Shown here: positions 1 to 11,657 of the stretch, piece by piece
Layout: each line of letters opens with the position of its first letter
Position numbering within the stretch: the first letter of the stretch is position 1
DNA from: Amphiscolops sp. MND2022
Taxonomy: Eukaryota
Direction: 5' to 3'
Assembly (NCBI GenBank): GCA_964187785.1
Contig: OZ076409.1
Location: 92,072,001-92,136,000, forward strand
DNA length: 64,000 nt
The notes under the pieces: generated by a model
Database searches by the model: none
What the model saw: the letters and a program-made list of their open reading frames with translations, nothing else
What the model was told of the DNA's origin: nothing
Translations under genes and position numbers: made by a program

Positions 1-29
1 TCAATGTAGCAAAAGCACTCATTGACATC

Positions 30-1313
30 ATGACCACGCATGCATACTTACCGACAACACTTATTACTGACAAACGTACTGCATTTACTTCTACAATTAT
101 TGCGGAAATTACTCAAATTTTGGGCATAACACTCAAATGTGCAACAACAAAACATCCGCAAACAATCGGGAAATTAGAGCGGTCACATGCCTCATTGAAA
201 ACAAACCTCAAAATGGCATGCGGAGAATACCGCCGGCAATGGCACAAATACTTACCATTAGCAGTACTAAATCATATTACTAGTTACCATGCCAGCATCG
301 GTTGTGAACCGACGAGAGTGTTTCATGGACGGATTCCATACAATATCTTGGATCACAAGCTTGGAAATAATCCAAACGAGCAGATTAATCCTACAACCGA
401 ATTTGCAGAAGAAGAACAAAACCGGACAAAAATCTTGATTGACAAAACAAAGCAGAATATTATGCAGTCGTATATCAAGTACAAAGAGTATTACGACCGC
501 AAGGCAAAAGCCGCTCCATTAAAGGAGAATGATTACTGCTTTGTCTTACAGCCGAAAGTGGATCATCAAGGATCAAAAAATCCATTCCGCGATTACCGTT
601 GGGTTGGACCATTCATAGTCCAGAACGTTTTGCCTAATGAAAATTGTATTATAAGACGGATCAATACAAACAAAACTCAAATATTGCATCGGATTCGCCT
701 TAAAAAGTTTATCCCCAATCAACCGCTTGAGGACAATTTCGGAGAACAGCGTTTACAGCCTGATGAAGAAATTGTTATTCCGCAAGATGACTTCTATATC
801 ATAACGTGGGAGACAGACTTTGGCGTGCAGCTAGTTACACGAGAACACGATCCTATTCCGACTAGCTTGCCGAATGGCGAATAGCCGAATGCGACAGAAC
901 AGATCCAAAGTGACGTAGACGAGAATGAAGCGGATTACATAATCACGAGAGACGAATTCAATCACGCCGACCGTGCGTCGCATAACCAGATTGAAAGACT
1001 GAAAGATGACGTCACTAAAAGAAATGAAGCTACTAGAAATGAAGAATCTGATTGGCCGAATCTGGCCGTTTACCCAAAAAATCAAGAAAAACCTTTGCCG
1101 GATACGGCAGAAAAACTGAAAAACGACGAAAAATTTTCAGAAAGAAATCCGAAGAATGAATGATACACAAAATTTGCCAAACAAGGGGGATGATATTGTT
1201 GTGCCCGAAATATCACAAGACGATGCAAGAAATGAAAACCTGAGCCCTAGAGGAGGGAAATATAATCTCTGGCCTAATCCTAACCCAAACTATTCAGAAG
1301 ACTTCAGATACTA
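30..1313 (+). pseudogene. pol: Gypsy pol C-terminus: integrase core, GPY/F motif and acidic tail, with stops or frameshifts after 884
   Basis: ITDKR (second catalytic D), HPQTIGKLERSH (catalytic E), WHKYLPLAV, WVGPFIV (GPY/F). The disrupted tail ends PRGGKYNLWPNPNPNYSEDFRY* at ~1313. Confidence 0.9.
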
Positions 1314-1553
1314 AGAATTGAATTCCGCCAGAAAATGGGAGTTCTTTTCGTTTATCTTTTTTATCTTTTCTCTGGCCCCCTGGTATCTTTTGGAATAAAC
1401 AATGGGGCATTTCAAAGGATCCCTTACAAAGTAGATAAATACGGAATCAAGAAATCAAAGGAACAAATAGAAATATAAACGCGGCAACAAAACAGAAAAT
1501 GGAAAAAGTTTTCAAAAATTACAGTTTGAAAGTACATAAATACACATGTACAT

Positions 1554-4500
1554 TTAGTTCTTAGAACTGCCAGCAGGAGATTCTTCAACGACAGACGAGG
1601 CCCTTGACCGTGAACTGCTTCTCTCCATCCGCCTCCGCTTACTATCACTTGGCAATTTGACAGCAGGAGCAACAGGCACGGAGGAAGTCTCAGCGAAAGT
1701 AGGACTCCTAGTATACACCTCGGACCCAGAAAGAACAGAACGATACGAAGCCGTAAGAGTCTTATAAATAGCAGTGCGCCCGAAGCCGTCCACATAAGTC
1801 CAGGGATCATCTTCAGCGGTGAAACCTGATTGTCCGAATGAAGCTGACATCTGGGAGAACTTATCGAGGTTGGGCTCGGTACAACAAGCGGTCAAAGGGT
1901 CGGGAACTGCAGACAAATAACTTTGGCAGGGTAAAACCACATCTGCCATCCGAGATTGGAGTCCACTTGTATCGATCCTCCCCATGGACACTGGAGGATA
2001 TTGGGGGCTAACGGAGGTCAAGCATAGACAACTGAATTTAAAAAGATAACAGATATGCTCACGGGTCTGGAGCAATTCTAATTCCATAAAAAAGTCTATG
2101 AGATCGGGCGGATTACTGGTGGAGCCGAAGTCGGAAGAGCAATTAGCACGGAGGTGGTCCTACAACGCCACATACTCATCCCGGTAAACTGGTTCATTTG
2201 ACGCTGAGACCCAAGAACGCAGTTGGAAGGTCGAGAACAATCGGTCCAAATCTCGTAAGGCAACTTCGACAGGCCTCTTGAACAGGATATAGGGGTCGAA
2301 CGCAGCTAATCCTTTAATGAGATCAGAACTGAGTCCTGTGTGCTGCAGAACTCCTGACAACAGGTATTTGATGTAGTCCTTGGCACTAGTCACAAAGTCC
2401 GACTTGGCGGTCTCGGCTGTTCTATCGATAGCTGCTTTACTTGATTTTTTGTTGAAGTGCAATCCTACAGCCTTTAAATTGCTGGCAGTGGCCACTCTGC
2501 TGACTATTTTGAGACGTATCAAAAATTCCTCATCATCCATAAACTTCCCTTCACTGATTTGAAAAACCATCAGCAGGAACGAAGCATTCTCAAGTGGCAC
2601 AGTGTCAGGTTGGTAGATCCGGAAACAGAGTCGACTAATGAATCTGCACCTTTCCCCACAAAGGACGAAGGAAGCGTCTCGTCTTTGCGCCAGATTGGTG
2701 ACAAAACTAGTGACATCTGGAATGGAAAACTAAAGGTCCCCAAAAGATGGCAGACCAATATAACTTTTCACAAATAAAGAATACTTACAGTCGCTGACCA
2801 GGCGTTGTAAGAGCTCCAACTTGACTGCAAAGAAGTTATCCGCGATGAGAGACCACTCGAAACTTTGAACCTGTGAAAAGGTGCAGTATGAGGCTTAGGT
2901 AACTGACTCTAATCTTATCAACAAAAGAGAGTAGTTACTACGGATTGCCCTTAAAAGAAAAAGACACCACTCAGGGTGTTTAACCTTGTTGTGGACTCCT
3001 TAGTTTTCTTGTCGGCGAGAATGGATTGACAGGTAACGCAGTACTGATTTCCACTTCTTGAGCAAATCCCGGCATAGATCAGGGATTTTGTCCACCTCCA
3101 GTTTGCAGGTCGTGATTGTCTAAACGACGAGAGTTTAGAATTAACACACTACCTAGCAACCCCTACTACCCCCTACCAGTGATTCGCCAATTAAATTCAA
3201 AAGGAACAAACTTACACGGACAAGTTCAGCTGACTCGATGTTCCAGTCCTCAGAGAGGGACCCGCCAAGGGAGAACAATAGACATTGAAGGACGGAGAAC
3301 ATGTCAATGTGTCCGAACACGCTGTAATTCGCCTTGTGCATGAGAGTCTGTAAATTGAGTGACTCAAAACGAAAACAGCTCTGGACACCTCGTGGGTAAG
3401 AAGGATGCCTGTCTACGGTCTGTATCAGGTCAACGGGGCATCCTGAGATAGCAACTATGTCAGGAGCAGTTGAAATCACGGAGAGGAGTCGAGACAGGGA
3501 ACCCAATTCCTCAGCAAGCCCAGTGCTCGAGAGACCACTTCGGCATATGAAAACTCGGCAAAGTTTGGCCCCTTTCCAGAAGTGGAGGGTAATGAGCCGA
3601 TTTGTTCCCCTTCTCTCGAACTCAACCCCGAAGTGTTGGGAAGCTGTAACCTGCTCCGCTATATCATTCATCATACAATTGAAGACATGTTGGAAGATGG
3701 CCTGAAATGCAAAGAGACCTCGGTAAAGATGCAATTTTGCCCAATCGAACCCCCTGATTTTTACCCATAACCTAATAGAAGGATGAACGGGTGAACTTAC
3801 CATTATGTGCTCCTCGCTCCAGTCGAAATCTTGGAAAGCAGTCTGATATCCCGTATAACTCCCAGCTCGGGCCCACAACTTCCGGAGTATCCTCAAATCT
3901 CCAAGGCTCTGTATGAAATCGCCAATGAGGCAAATCTGAGTTTTCATTCGTGACTGAGGGGTAGCTAGTGCAGAAGTGCTTCCTTTAATGTAATCATCGT
4001 AAAAGGGGAACCCGACATCAATGAGCTCAGTATGTATGAACTTTGGGAGTTCTTGCGCAAGTTCAATTTTACTGAGGATTTTGCCATTCCGTCCTCGGAC
4101 TCTGTGTTGGACCTTTCCGGTGACTGGGTCGACGCTTATCAAGTGCTCGTAGCGCCACTTTTGGTCGCGGCGGAGATGTTTTTCTGTCCTGTGGTGTCGC
4201 AGGATCTCAACGGTGCCCTTAGTCCTGAAAGAAAAATTTTTCTTACACATGTGGCACCAAACCATGTGTGGGTTGTGGATTGGATCTGCAGGACCTGATA
4301 TAAAGGACCTCGTCCACCCGATTTTAGAGAAGAACTCTTCTCGCATGGGAACTCCTCGCCGCTGTACCCTCTTTGTCTTGGCAGATTTGACAGTTGAGCC
4401 TCTCCGTCGGAATTTTCGACCTGGAGATTGGTCACGGATTTCTGACAGGGTAACATCAAGACTGTTTCTTTCTACTGCTTCAGCCCCGTCTACTGAAGAA

Positions 4501-5964
4501 TCTTGTGGCAGCCCCCATTGTCGACCGGAAGAAGTGTCCTCAGGCGCAGTCTTCTTGAAGGTCTTATTAGTGAAAGCCATCTCAGTTGAGCTATCACTTT
4601 CATCTGGGATGGGAACATCACTGACGTCCTGGAGCATGCTTATATCCCCATAAGTCTCTGATCCTGACCCGTACTCGGTACGAAGTCCTTCAGAACTGGA
4701 CCCTGTAGTATCATAAGGCCCAGGTGTGGGGGCACGATTCCGTATTTGGAACTTCCCAGTCCGTGAAGGGGCAGTTGCTGGAGATCCTCTGACAGCTGCT
4801 ATCACCATTTTTCCATGGTAGAACATGTCATATTAATGGCCTCATCGGTCAAAACCCGCAACAGATGAGAAACTTGCGGCTCAGTGAAGGCTACGACTCT
4901 CTGTCCTACTGGGACCGTGTATTGATTTTCTGTTTCAAAATATTGCTTCAGGGTGCCTCTACTTCGCCCGACAAGGCCCTCAGTGTCTCCTCATGGGGCT
5001 GCGTTGCTGACCCAGATGTTCCGGGTTGGCCTGGATCAATGGCCTCTGACCCAGATTCATCACCTCCTTCGGAGCCCGATTTTGAACAAAAAGGGATAGT
5101 TGCATAAAGAAGAGGACAATCAGTCTGACTGACACTTTCCCCCGTTTGAGTTGCATCACTGTGGTCTCCTGAGACCTTGGGTTGTACTTCTCCTCCAGGA
5201 AGTGGCGGAGGTTCGTTTACGGAAGAAGTAGCTTCCCCTTGAGACTGAAGGAAGGAGACAGCCGACATTTCATGTGACATGTCAGTTGCAAGTTGTAACT
5301 CAGGGAAGTCAGCTTGTGATCTAGGCGCAACTGTGAGCGTGGATTCAAGTTGAGTGAGGCTAACAACCCCAGCTGCAGACTGGTCAAGCGGGATAGGTGT
5401 ACTGGCCCGCACTAGTTCAGGAAGCTGGTACGTTTCTCGGACATCTTGGCCTTGAGCCGTGACTGCCTCGTTCCTGACAGGATTAGGAGCCTCCACTGCA
5501 GTGAGTAATTGAGCTTCTTCCATTCGTTGAACCACTTCATTGGCATAAGCGGTAACATCTACGTTGCTGTCAGTACTGAGCGGGGAATTGGCTGATGTCT
5601 GTTGAACCAGGTTAAGAGAAATCCTCGTTGGTCGAAAGGGAGGAGCTGAGGTTGGAGTAATATTGGATGCTGGGGCAGGAACTGAAGATTGGGAGGACCC
5701 AGTAGCATTGCCAATTCTGGTGTTGGTTTGGTCTTGAGACTCATCTACATTCTGGTTTCCTAAGCAAAAAGAGATGAAATTTGGCGGTGAGCTTCCTTGA
5801 AAAGAAATCCATTTTACCGCATTAGAAATTTTCCGGAAGTGTTTTGAAAATTTGGTTATCACGTGTTCATTTGTGGAAGCAGGAAGCATTTTGTCAACAA
5901 AATTTGACCTTGATCAAGTCAAACTAGTTCGGAAAAAAACAAACCAACCTGTATTTGAAGACAT
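1554..5964 (-). pseudogene. Antisense multi-exon gene (~1290 aa predicted): low-complexity N-terminus, BED-type zinc finger and degenerate hAT-transposase-like body
   Basis: Predicted exons 5964-5949, 5759-3801, 3701-3216, 3119-2942, 2870-2789, 2716-1554 joined by GT-AG introns. WCHMC...HHRTEKH finger at ~4175-4265. In-frame TAG at 2162-2160; frameshifts near 4978, 4810 and within exon 4. Confidence 0.75.
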
Positions 5965-6228
5965 CCTGCTACGGGCTTCTTCCTGGAAAGATCCTGATCA
6001 GTTGCTGGAAGTAGGGAAATTGGCCGAATTCGGCAGGAAAGGAAAGGAACACCCCGACGGGAAAAGGGGTCTGCAACTGAGATGAGGATGGAGAGAAACA
6101 AGTGTCTACGGAGCAAATCCAAGTAAAAGAAACAGTTAGAATATAAATGAAATTAAATTGGAATTAAAATTGGGTAAAGAAATTAGAAAGTAGGAGTTCG
6201 TGGCTGAAGAAGATTACCAGACTAATAT

Positions 6229-6615
6229 TGTGCGGCTATTTACATTTTTAATTTGTGCATGGAGTCTGCCAGCGAATTGTACAAAGTCTTTCATTATTTA
6301 CAGCTTACTTAGTTACTGGCCGGTTATGGCCATTTGCCCTGTTTCGTTTCACCGTTTCGTTCAGTTACCATAATTACCCTTAGTTGGATTTTTCGCCAAA
6401 TTGGATTATTCAGATTTATTATTTTCGCCATTTTTATCATTTATCTTTCAATTCACCAAAGCTTGATTCTGATTGGTCGAAGCCATTTTGAGACAGATTT
6501 GGTGTCGCGTGCCGTTAATTACCTTCGAGCGGCTCACTAATTACCCACTTGAAATAAGAAGTTGATATTTACAACTCAAGCGTTGTTCACACCTCTCATA
6601 GTGATGATATTGATG
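6229..6615 (+). repeat. Probable 3' LTR (partial, runs into gap)
   Basis: Starts with TG after a purine tract; non-coding; shares cacacctctca (6588-6598) with the LTR-like remnant at 9563-9573. Confidence 0.45.
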
Positions 6616-6815
6616 NNNNNNNNNNNNNNNNNNNNNNNNNNNNNNNNNNNNNNNNNNNNNNNNNNNNNNNNNNNNNNNNNNNNNNNNNNNNNNNNNNNNN
6701 NNNNNNNNNNNNNNNNNNNNNNNNNNNNNNNNNNNNNNNNNNNNNNNNNNNNNNNNNNNNNNNNNNNNNNNNNNNNNNNNNNNNNNNNNNNNNNNNNNNN
6801 NNNNNNNNNNNNNNN
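6616..6815. other. Assembly gap (200 N)
   Basis: Run of N. Confidence 1.
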
Positions 6816-9329
6816 GAAAGAGCGAAGAAAGTCTTAGCGGCGTTCTCTGGTCCATAGGTAATAATCACTGATTTCGACGAAGGTCCACGCAAAGCAAAAC
6901 TTTGAAAAAAATTCAATCCCACTACATATTAATTTCACGGGCAGTGAATGATTTTCCGAAAGCTTGCAAAGTTCAATCTTTAAATTTTATACATTCTATC
7001 ATTCTACATTTTTATCACTTTATCATTCTATTTATGTATCTTGACAGCATCTCATAATTTTCCAATGAGATTATTCCATGTCTCTCATTATAGGGTGAGC
7101 AATAAAATTTGAAGCTAGCTGTCTTGTAAATTGGGAGCATGTATTATAATACGAGAAATGACAAGTTAATTACATTTTACAAAAAATGCTCAGTAAAAAA
7201 GTTAAATGAAAATATCTGAAATCATGGTTGGTCAACAAAGCAGTTGGGCGAATTTGTCACGAAAAGTCTGAAAAACAGTGCGTTTTCATAAATATTGTAA
7301 TGATAGTTTCCTGTAACATTTCAACGCTTTTTTGCCTCCGAACTTCTTATTGCTCCGTAAAATTTTGACGTTTCCCCTGGCAATGAGAGAGCAGAATAAC
7401 ATTTCGTGTTTGGTGGGGAAAACCGTGTTTGGTGTTTGGTGGGTCTGAGAGAAGTTAGTCATCAGATAGAGAAAGGATGCGATCGAATCGTGATACTATC
7501 GCGATTGAAAATAACGAGAAAGTTATTACTTTAGAAGGAAAAGGAACTACATTAAAAGTTAAGTGTGAAAACGTTCTTTGAATGGCGCTGGGAAGTTTTT
7601 TTATTGGGAAGTTGTTAGATCCCGTACCGACTGCCTCAACTGCGGTTCTTTGGAAGTTACAGTTTAAGTTAACAAGAAAAGACAAATGCGAATTTCAGTG
7701 AAGGTAGCTCTGAAATTTCATTGATTATATCACTTACTCAATACTTGATTGTCTTTTCAAAGAGGAAAAATTGTTTTGATGAAAAATTGTGAACAATTTT
7801 GGGAAACAGCCGCTGCACTTCTAATTTCTGTCTAATTGAGTACGCCGAGCAAAATTGAATAACCTCTTGTTTATTCCTTTATATTCTTTTGTATTTCAAT
7901 TTTTCCATATTTCATAGAGCTTCTCCGAATATACCTAAAATCCATCAGAATTGTGTGCATAAGTGGAAGTAATTTCTTTGACAATGCTATATAACGACAT
8001 ATTTGAGCTAGAGATTCAATTTATCACGATGAAATGCTCAAAATAATAGTATACTATTATATAATACCAGAGTACTGCGGAATTTCGTTCAGGTTTCAAA
8101 TTTTGAACAGTCCCTTTATTGTAACAGTCCCTTTCAAGATTGAAAACAGCCTTGACACATGTGCGGAAGAAGTGAAAAATGAAAAAAAAAGATAGAGCTT
8201 GCTCAGATTCTTCGGAAATGCAAATTCAAAGCTTGCTAAATTTAGGTGTACAAATCTAAGACCTGAAACCTCCGATTGAGACTCCACAAAAAGAAGTTCA
8301 CGTTCAGTGTAGTTCTAAACCAGACTTTATAGGCTTGCTTCAGCAAAGATTACCAGGCGAAGTTTACAGAGATGGTCCTCTTTTGATAATTTGATAACAA
8401 ATACACGGTCATTTAGGAAAAAGTTTCAAGTTTTTCTTCCAGCCCTTAGGCAATTTAGCCCGCGATCTTTTAAAAGTTCGTCAGCATGATCGTTAACGCA
8501 TGATTTTGGCGTTGAACACATATGCGCAGGTCATTCTTCTACTAGTAATTTGGAAGTTCAATGTTTTGCAGTTTCAGGATGCAAATCAGTCTGATCATTT
8601 GAATACAGCACATTCAATGAACTGAAGATGGCAGCTCTATAGGAATTGCTATAATTGATTTCAGGAACTTGTTCGATCGTACATGGCAGGTTGGGCAATT
8701 GGCATTTATTCAGTTAACCTCCTTTGTTATTGCACGCGTTTCCAAAAAAATTTGACGCTTCGGTCATTCTTTAAAGTGATAATCACCTGGTTCAATGGAA
8801 ACATCGACTGCTATTTCGTCAACTCGACATTACCAGTCAAAATACGTGTAGCAGTGATTTGTGCGGAAATACCGAAATTATTTATCTCGCTATATTTGCT
8901 TGGGAGGAATCACAGAATGGTACGCCAAATCCTGTAATTTCTTTCATGTTGCCGACAGCAGGAATTGACAGGAATTGTGAACATAATCTATAAAACATTA
9001 TTGTTTTTTTTCCAGTAATTCCTGCCAGGCATTGGGGAGTTATGGAAAGCATAGTTCGACAATTCCTGCAATTTTCGATGATTTCTGGCGTAATAATAAT
9101 ACATGGGTTGTTAGTAAGTGGTAAAGTTACTCATGTATAATAATTAGGACAGGAATTACCAAAAATTTGAGGAAATAGGGAAATTTGCAGGAATTATTAT
9201 TTACCACAGAAATTATCGAATTTGCCATAATTCCTAGACATGAATTCATTATTTCCTGCGATTTTCCATTATTCCCAACACATACTCCAGGATTTCTTAT
9301 AATACATACTAGTTCAATAACTGCTCAGG

Positions 9330-9841
9330 TAGCTCACTCGAAATTTAGATTAAATTTAAATTGATTTCTTATTTGTTTTTTGAAGCTTTTTGTCGATATC
9401 CTATTTTACTGCTTTTTGTAGTTTCGTTGACGTCGTTGCTGAATAATTTTGAAATTTGAGGTAGTTTGTAATTCGACACTTTTTGGATAAACTTTTTGTA
9501 AGTTTCACTTTCAGTTAACAGTACATTTAATTAGTTAATTGGTTGGACAATTTTGTTGTATCCACACCTCTCATTGTTTTCAGCTACTTAATTACTGAGT
9601 CTAGATAACCAGTCGCGTTCGATCAGTTACTTCTCATTGTTTCGGTCAGGGACCAAACGTGCGTTCTTCATTTTTTCTATCGACTTGGTACGTTTATGAA
9701 CCACAGTAGACTAAAAAGCTTTGTTTTGTAGTTTACATACCCCTCTGTTTCTGGCAGCTATCCGGTGAATAAAAGATCAGTCTGAAAAAATTTAGTAAGT
9801 CCCTTCGAATGATGATTTCAACTGAGTAGCCGGTGTCAACA
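9330..9841 (+). repeat. Possible solo-LTR remnant related to 6229-6615
   Basis: Shared cacacctctca motif, AATAAA near 9768, end ...ccggtgtcaaCA. The 5' boundary is unclear. Confidence 0.3.
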
Positions 9842-10277
9842 AATGTGGCAAGAGCCTTTGGGTTTATTTTCACTTCCTTGATAAAGTGTGGCACTCCATT
9901 TCAGCTGATTATAGGACGATTTTGGCATCATCAGAACTCCAACCGTTTGTCTTCTTTTCCGTTTGTGCGTTGACTCGTCTGGAGTTGTTTCGTGGTTTTC
10001 CCATGACCACCCGAGTTGATAATTTCAACGCGTTTGCACATTCTTCTCATCTTATGGCCAAAAATGCAGCAAGTGCGGCATTTTTTGTTTTTGGCTTCAC
10101 GTATTTGCAAATGTTTCGCGTGAAAATCAAATCCATATCCCTTGAATGGAAAAGAATGTTGACTCACTTCTGAGATCGCCGCCGTCCGCAAACGCTATTG
10201 CAAATCGCAATGGTTTTTCGTGTCATGCTTTCGGTTTGGTACAAGAGGGTTCTTTTACCGTGAGTTTGGTCTGACGA

Positions 10278-10990
10278 AGTAACGTCCGGCAGTCGGAGAA
10301 CAAAAATTTCGAACTTTCTAAAGAATTTTGAAAATATGCGATAGCAAATAGAATAAATCAAGGTGGCTGACTTGGCACGGGAGGGGGGAATAAGACCTAA
10401 AGAATAAGATCTAAAATAATAAGATCTAAAATTGTGACATGCTCAACTTCGAAAAAGGGAATAAGATCTAAAATTTTAGATCTTATTCTCTTCAAATATT
10501 ATTCTTTAGAGAAGGGGAATAAGATCTAAAACGCATTGATTTTTGATCTTATTCTCTTTAGATCTTATTCCCGTCCTGAAATTTTAGATCTTATTCCCTT
10601 TAGATCTTATTACCCTTCTTGACTTTAGATTTTATTCTTTAGATCTTATTCCCCCCTCTAACCTGGCAGGTACTTAAAAGCAGGCAGGAAAACAAAAAGA
10701 CGGAACACCTGTTTTTGGACCTCAGAGGCATGTAGGAAGTCGCAGGAAAGTTAGGAACCTTAGGATTCGTTTTTACAGGCTTGTGGAGCGTGGCCGGGCT
10801 TTGAGAGTGCCTACACGTCGCCTCGAAGCTCTAAAATGAGGAGCTTCCTTTGACGCATGAAAAGTCCTTTTAGGAGACAATTTTGGGATTAAAAACTAAT
10901 GTCTAGGTTGTGGTAAGACACTGGTCTCCTGTTCAAGCAATCGAGGCATTGTCCCACTTCTAGGATGTACGCTGCTAGGTGGACGTTACA
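10278..10990 (+). repeat. Diverged solo LTR related to the adjacent Gypsy LTR family, interrupted by a MITE
   Basis: Terminal inverted repeats agtaacgtcc / ggacgttaca; shares tggcaggtactt and aaaatgagg with LTR 25926-26560. No TSD recognised. Confidence 0.5.
10378..10660. mobile_element. MITE (hAT-like) built of inverted aataagatctaa motifs
   Basis: ~35-bp TIRs gaggggggaataagacctaaagaataagatctaaa (10381) / tttagattttattctttagatcttattcccccctc (ends 10658); 8-bp near-TSD acttggca (10370-10377) / acctggca (10661-10668). Confidence 0.75.
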
Positions 10991-10993
10991 TCT

Positions 10994-11625
10994 TGTAACG
11001 GCAAGCTCTGGTACAGCAATATCAACCGATTTTGCAATTTTGACATGTTCAGAAATTTTGTCAAAAATTCTAATCCGATGTGTGACGTGGCACTGAGCAT
11101 GTGATTGCTCTTTTCGCTGTTTCCACGAAATTCGCAGGTACTTCGACAACAAAGAGCAAGAACGAGCAAAAACACGGGCGTGCCGCCATGACAGAAGCCA
11201 GAGACGGCAAGAACATCCGACAATAGACTCTTTTTGAGGTGCTAACCCCGGTTTTATCGATTTTCAGCATTATGCTACCCTATGTAGCGGAAACCGTAAA
11301 AATGAGGTTTTTCGCCTAAAGATCCTTGTTTGGTGCTTGGAGCCCCTGCGCCCCAGCTTGTAGCTGTGTGGTTTGCCATATTCGTGCCTGTTCCTATTCG
11401 GTGGTCTTTAGAGAGTCAGAAAGATGCCAGTTACTATTAGCAATCAAAGACTAGGACCGGTTGGACAGTATTCGTCGAAGCACCCGCGGCCCCGGGACGT
11501 ATTTCACCCCTGGAGGCAAAATGGATCTGTGGCGATGGGCGCCTGTCCCGAGCGATTCACCCATTCCTGCAGGTTCCTCCACCTCTGTTAACGCGTTAAG
11601 CGACCAATAACTGCTTGCCGTTACA
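10994..11625 (+). repeat. 5' LTR (632 bp)
   Basis: tgtaacggcaagc...gcttgccgttaca (13-bp terminal inverted repeat); matches 25926-26560 with about 6 substitutions and one 3-bp indel, counted by eye. Confidence 0.97.
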
Positions 11626-11640
11626 TGAGACCTCATTTTT

Positions 11641-11657
11641 TGGCGACCACAGAGGGA
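11641..11657 (+). promoter_or_regulatory. Primer-binding site, probably tRNA-Arg-type
   Basis: TGGCGACCACAGAGGGA is complementary to a tRNA 3' end (...UCCCUCUGUGGUCGCCA) and resembles tRNA-Arg(TCG)-type PBS sequences; tRNA identity is inferred. Confidence 0.7.

Larger units (their letters stand above)
1..6615 (+). mobile_element. 3' portion of a Ty3/Gypsy LTR retrotransposon: integrase, antisense cargo gene and probable start of the 3' LTR, cut by an assembly gap
   Basis: Gypsy integrase at 30-884, convergent antisense gene at 1554-5964, purine tract gaagaaga at ~6206 and candidate LTR start TGTGCGG at 6229. The LTR boundary is inferred because no second LTR is in the window. Confidence 0.75.

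Noticed and set aside
5760..5817. Alternative short intron using the donor at 5817
   Set aside because: The required phase places a TAA in the upstream exon; the donor at 5948 fits.
6541..6922. ORFs spanning N runs
   Set aside because: Artefacts of the assembly gap.
8050..9320. Region with recurrent caggaatt/aattcctg motifs, possible DNA transposon relic
   Set aside because: No definable TIR pair, TSD or transposase motif.
10889..11636. Short ORFs duplicated at 25871-26632
   Set aside because: Chance ORFs inside the LTRs.
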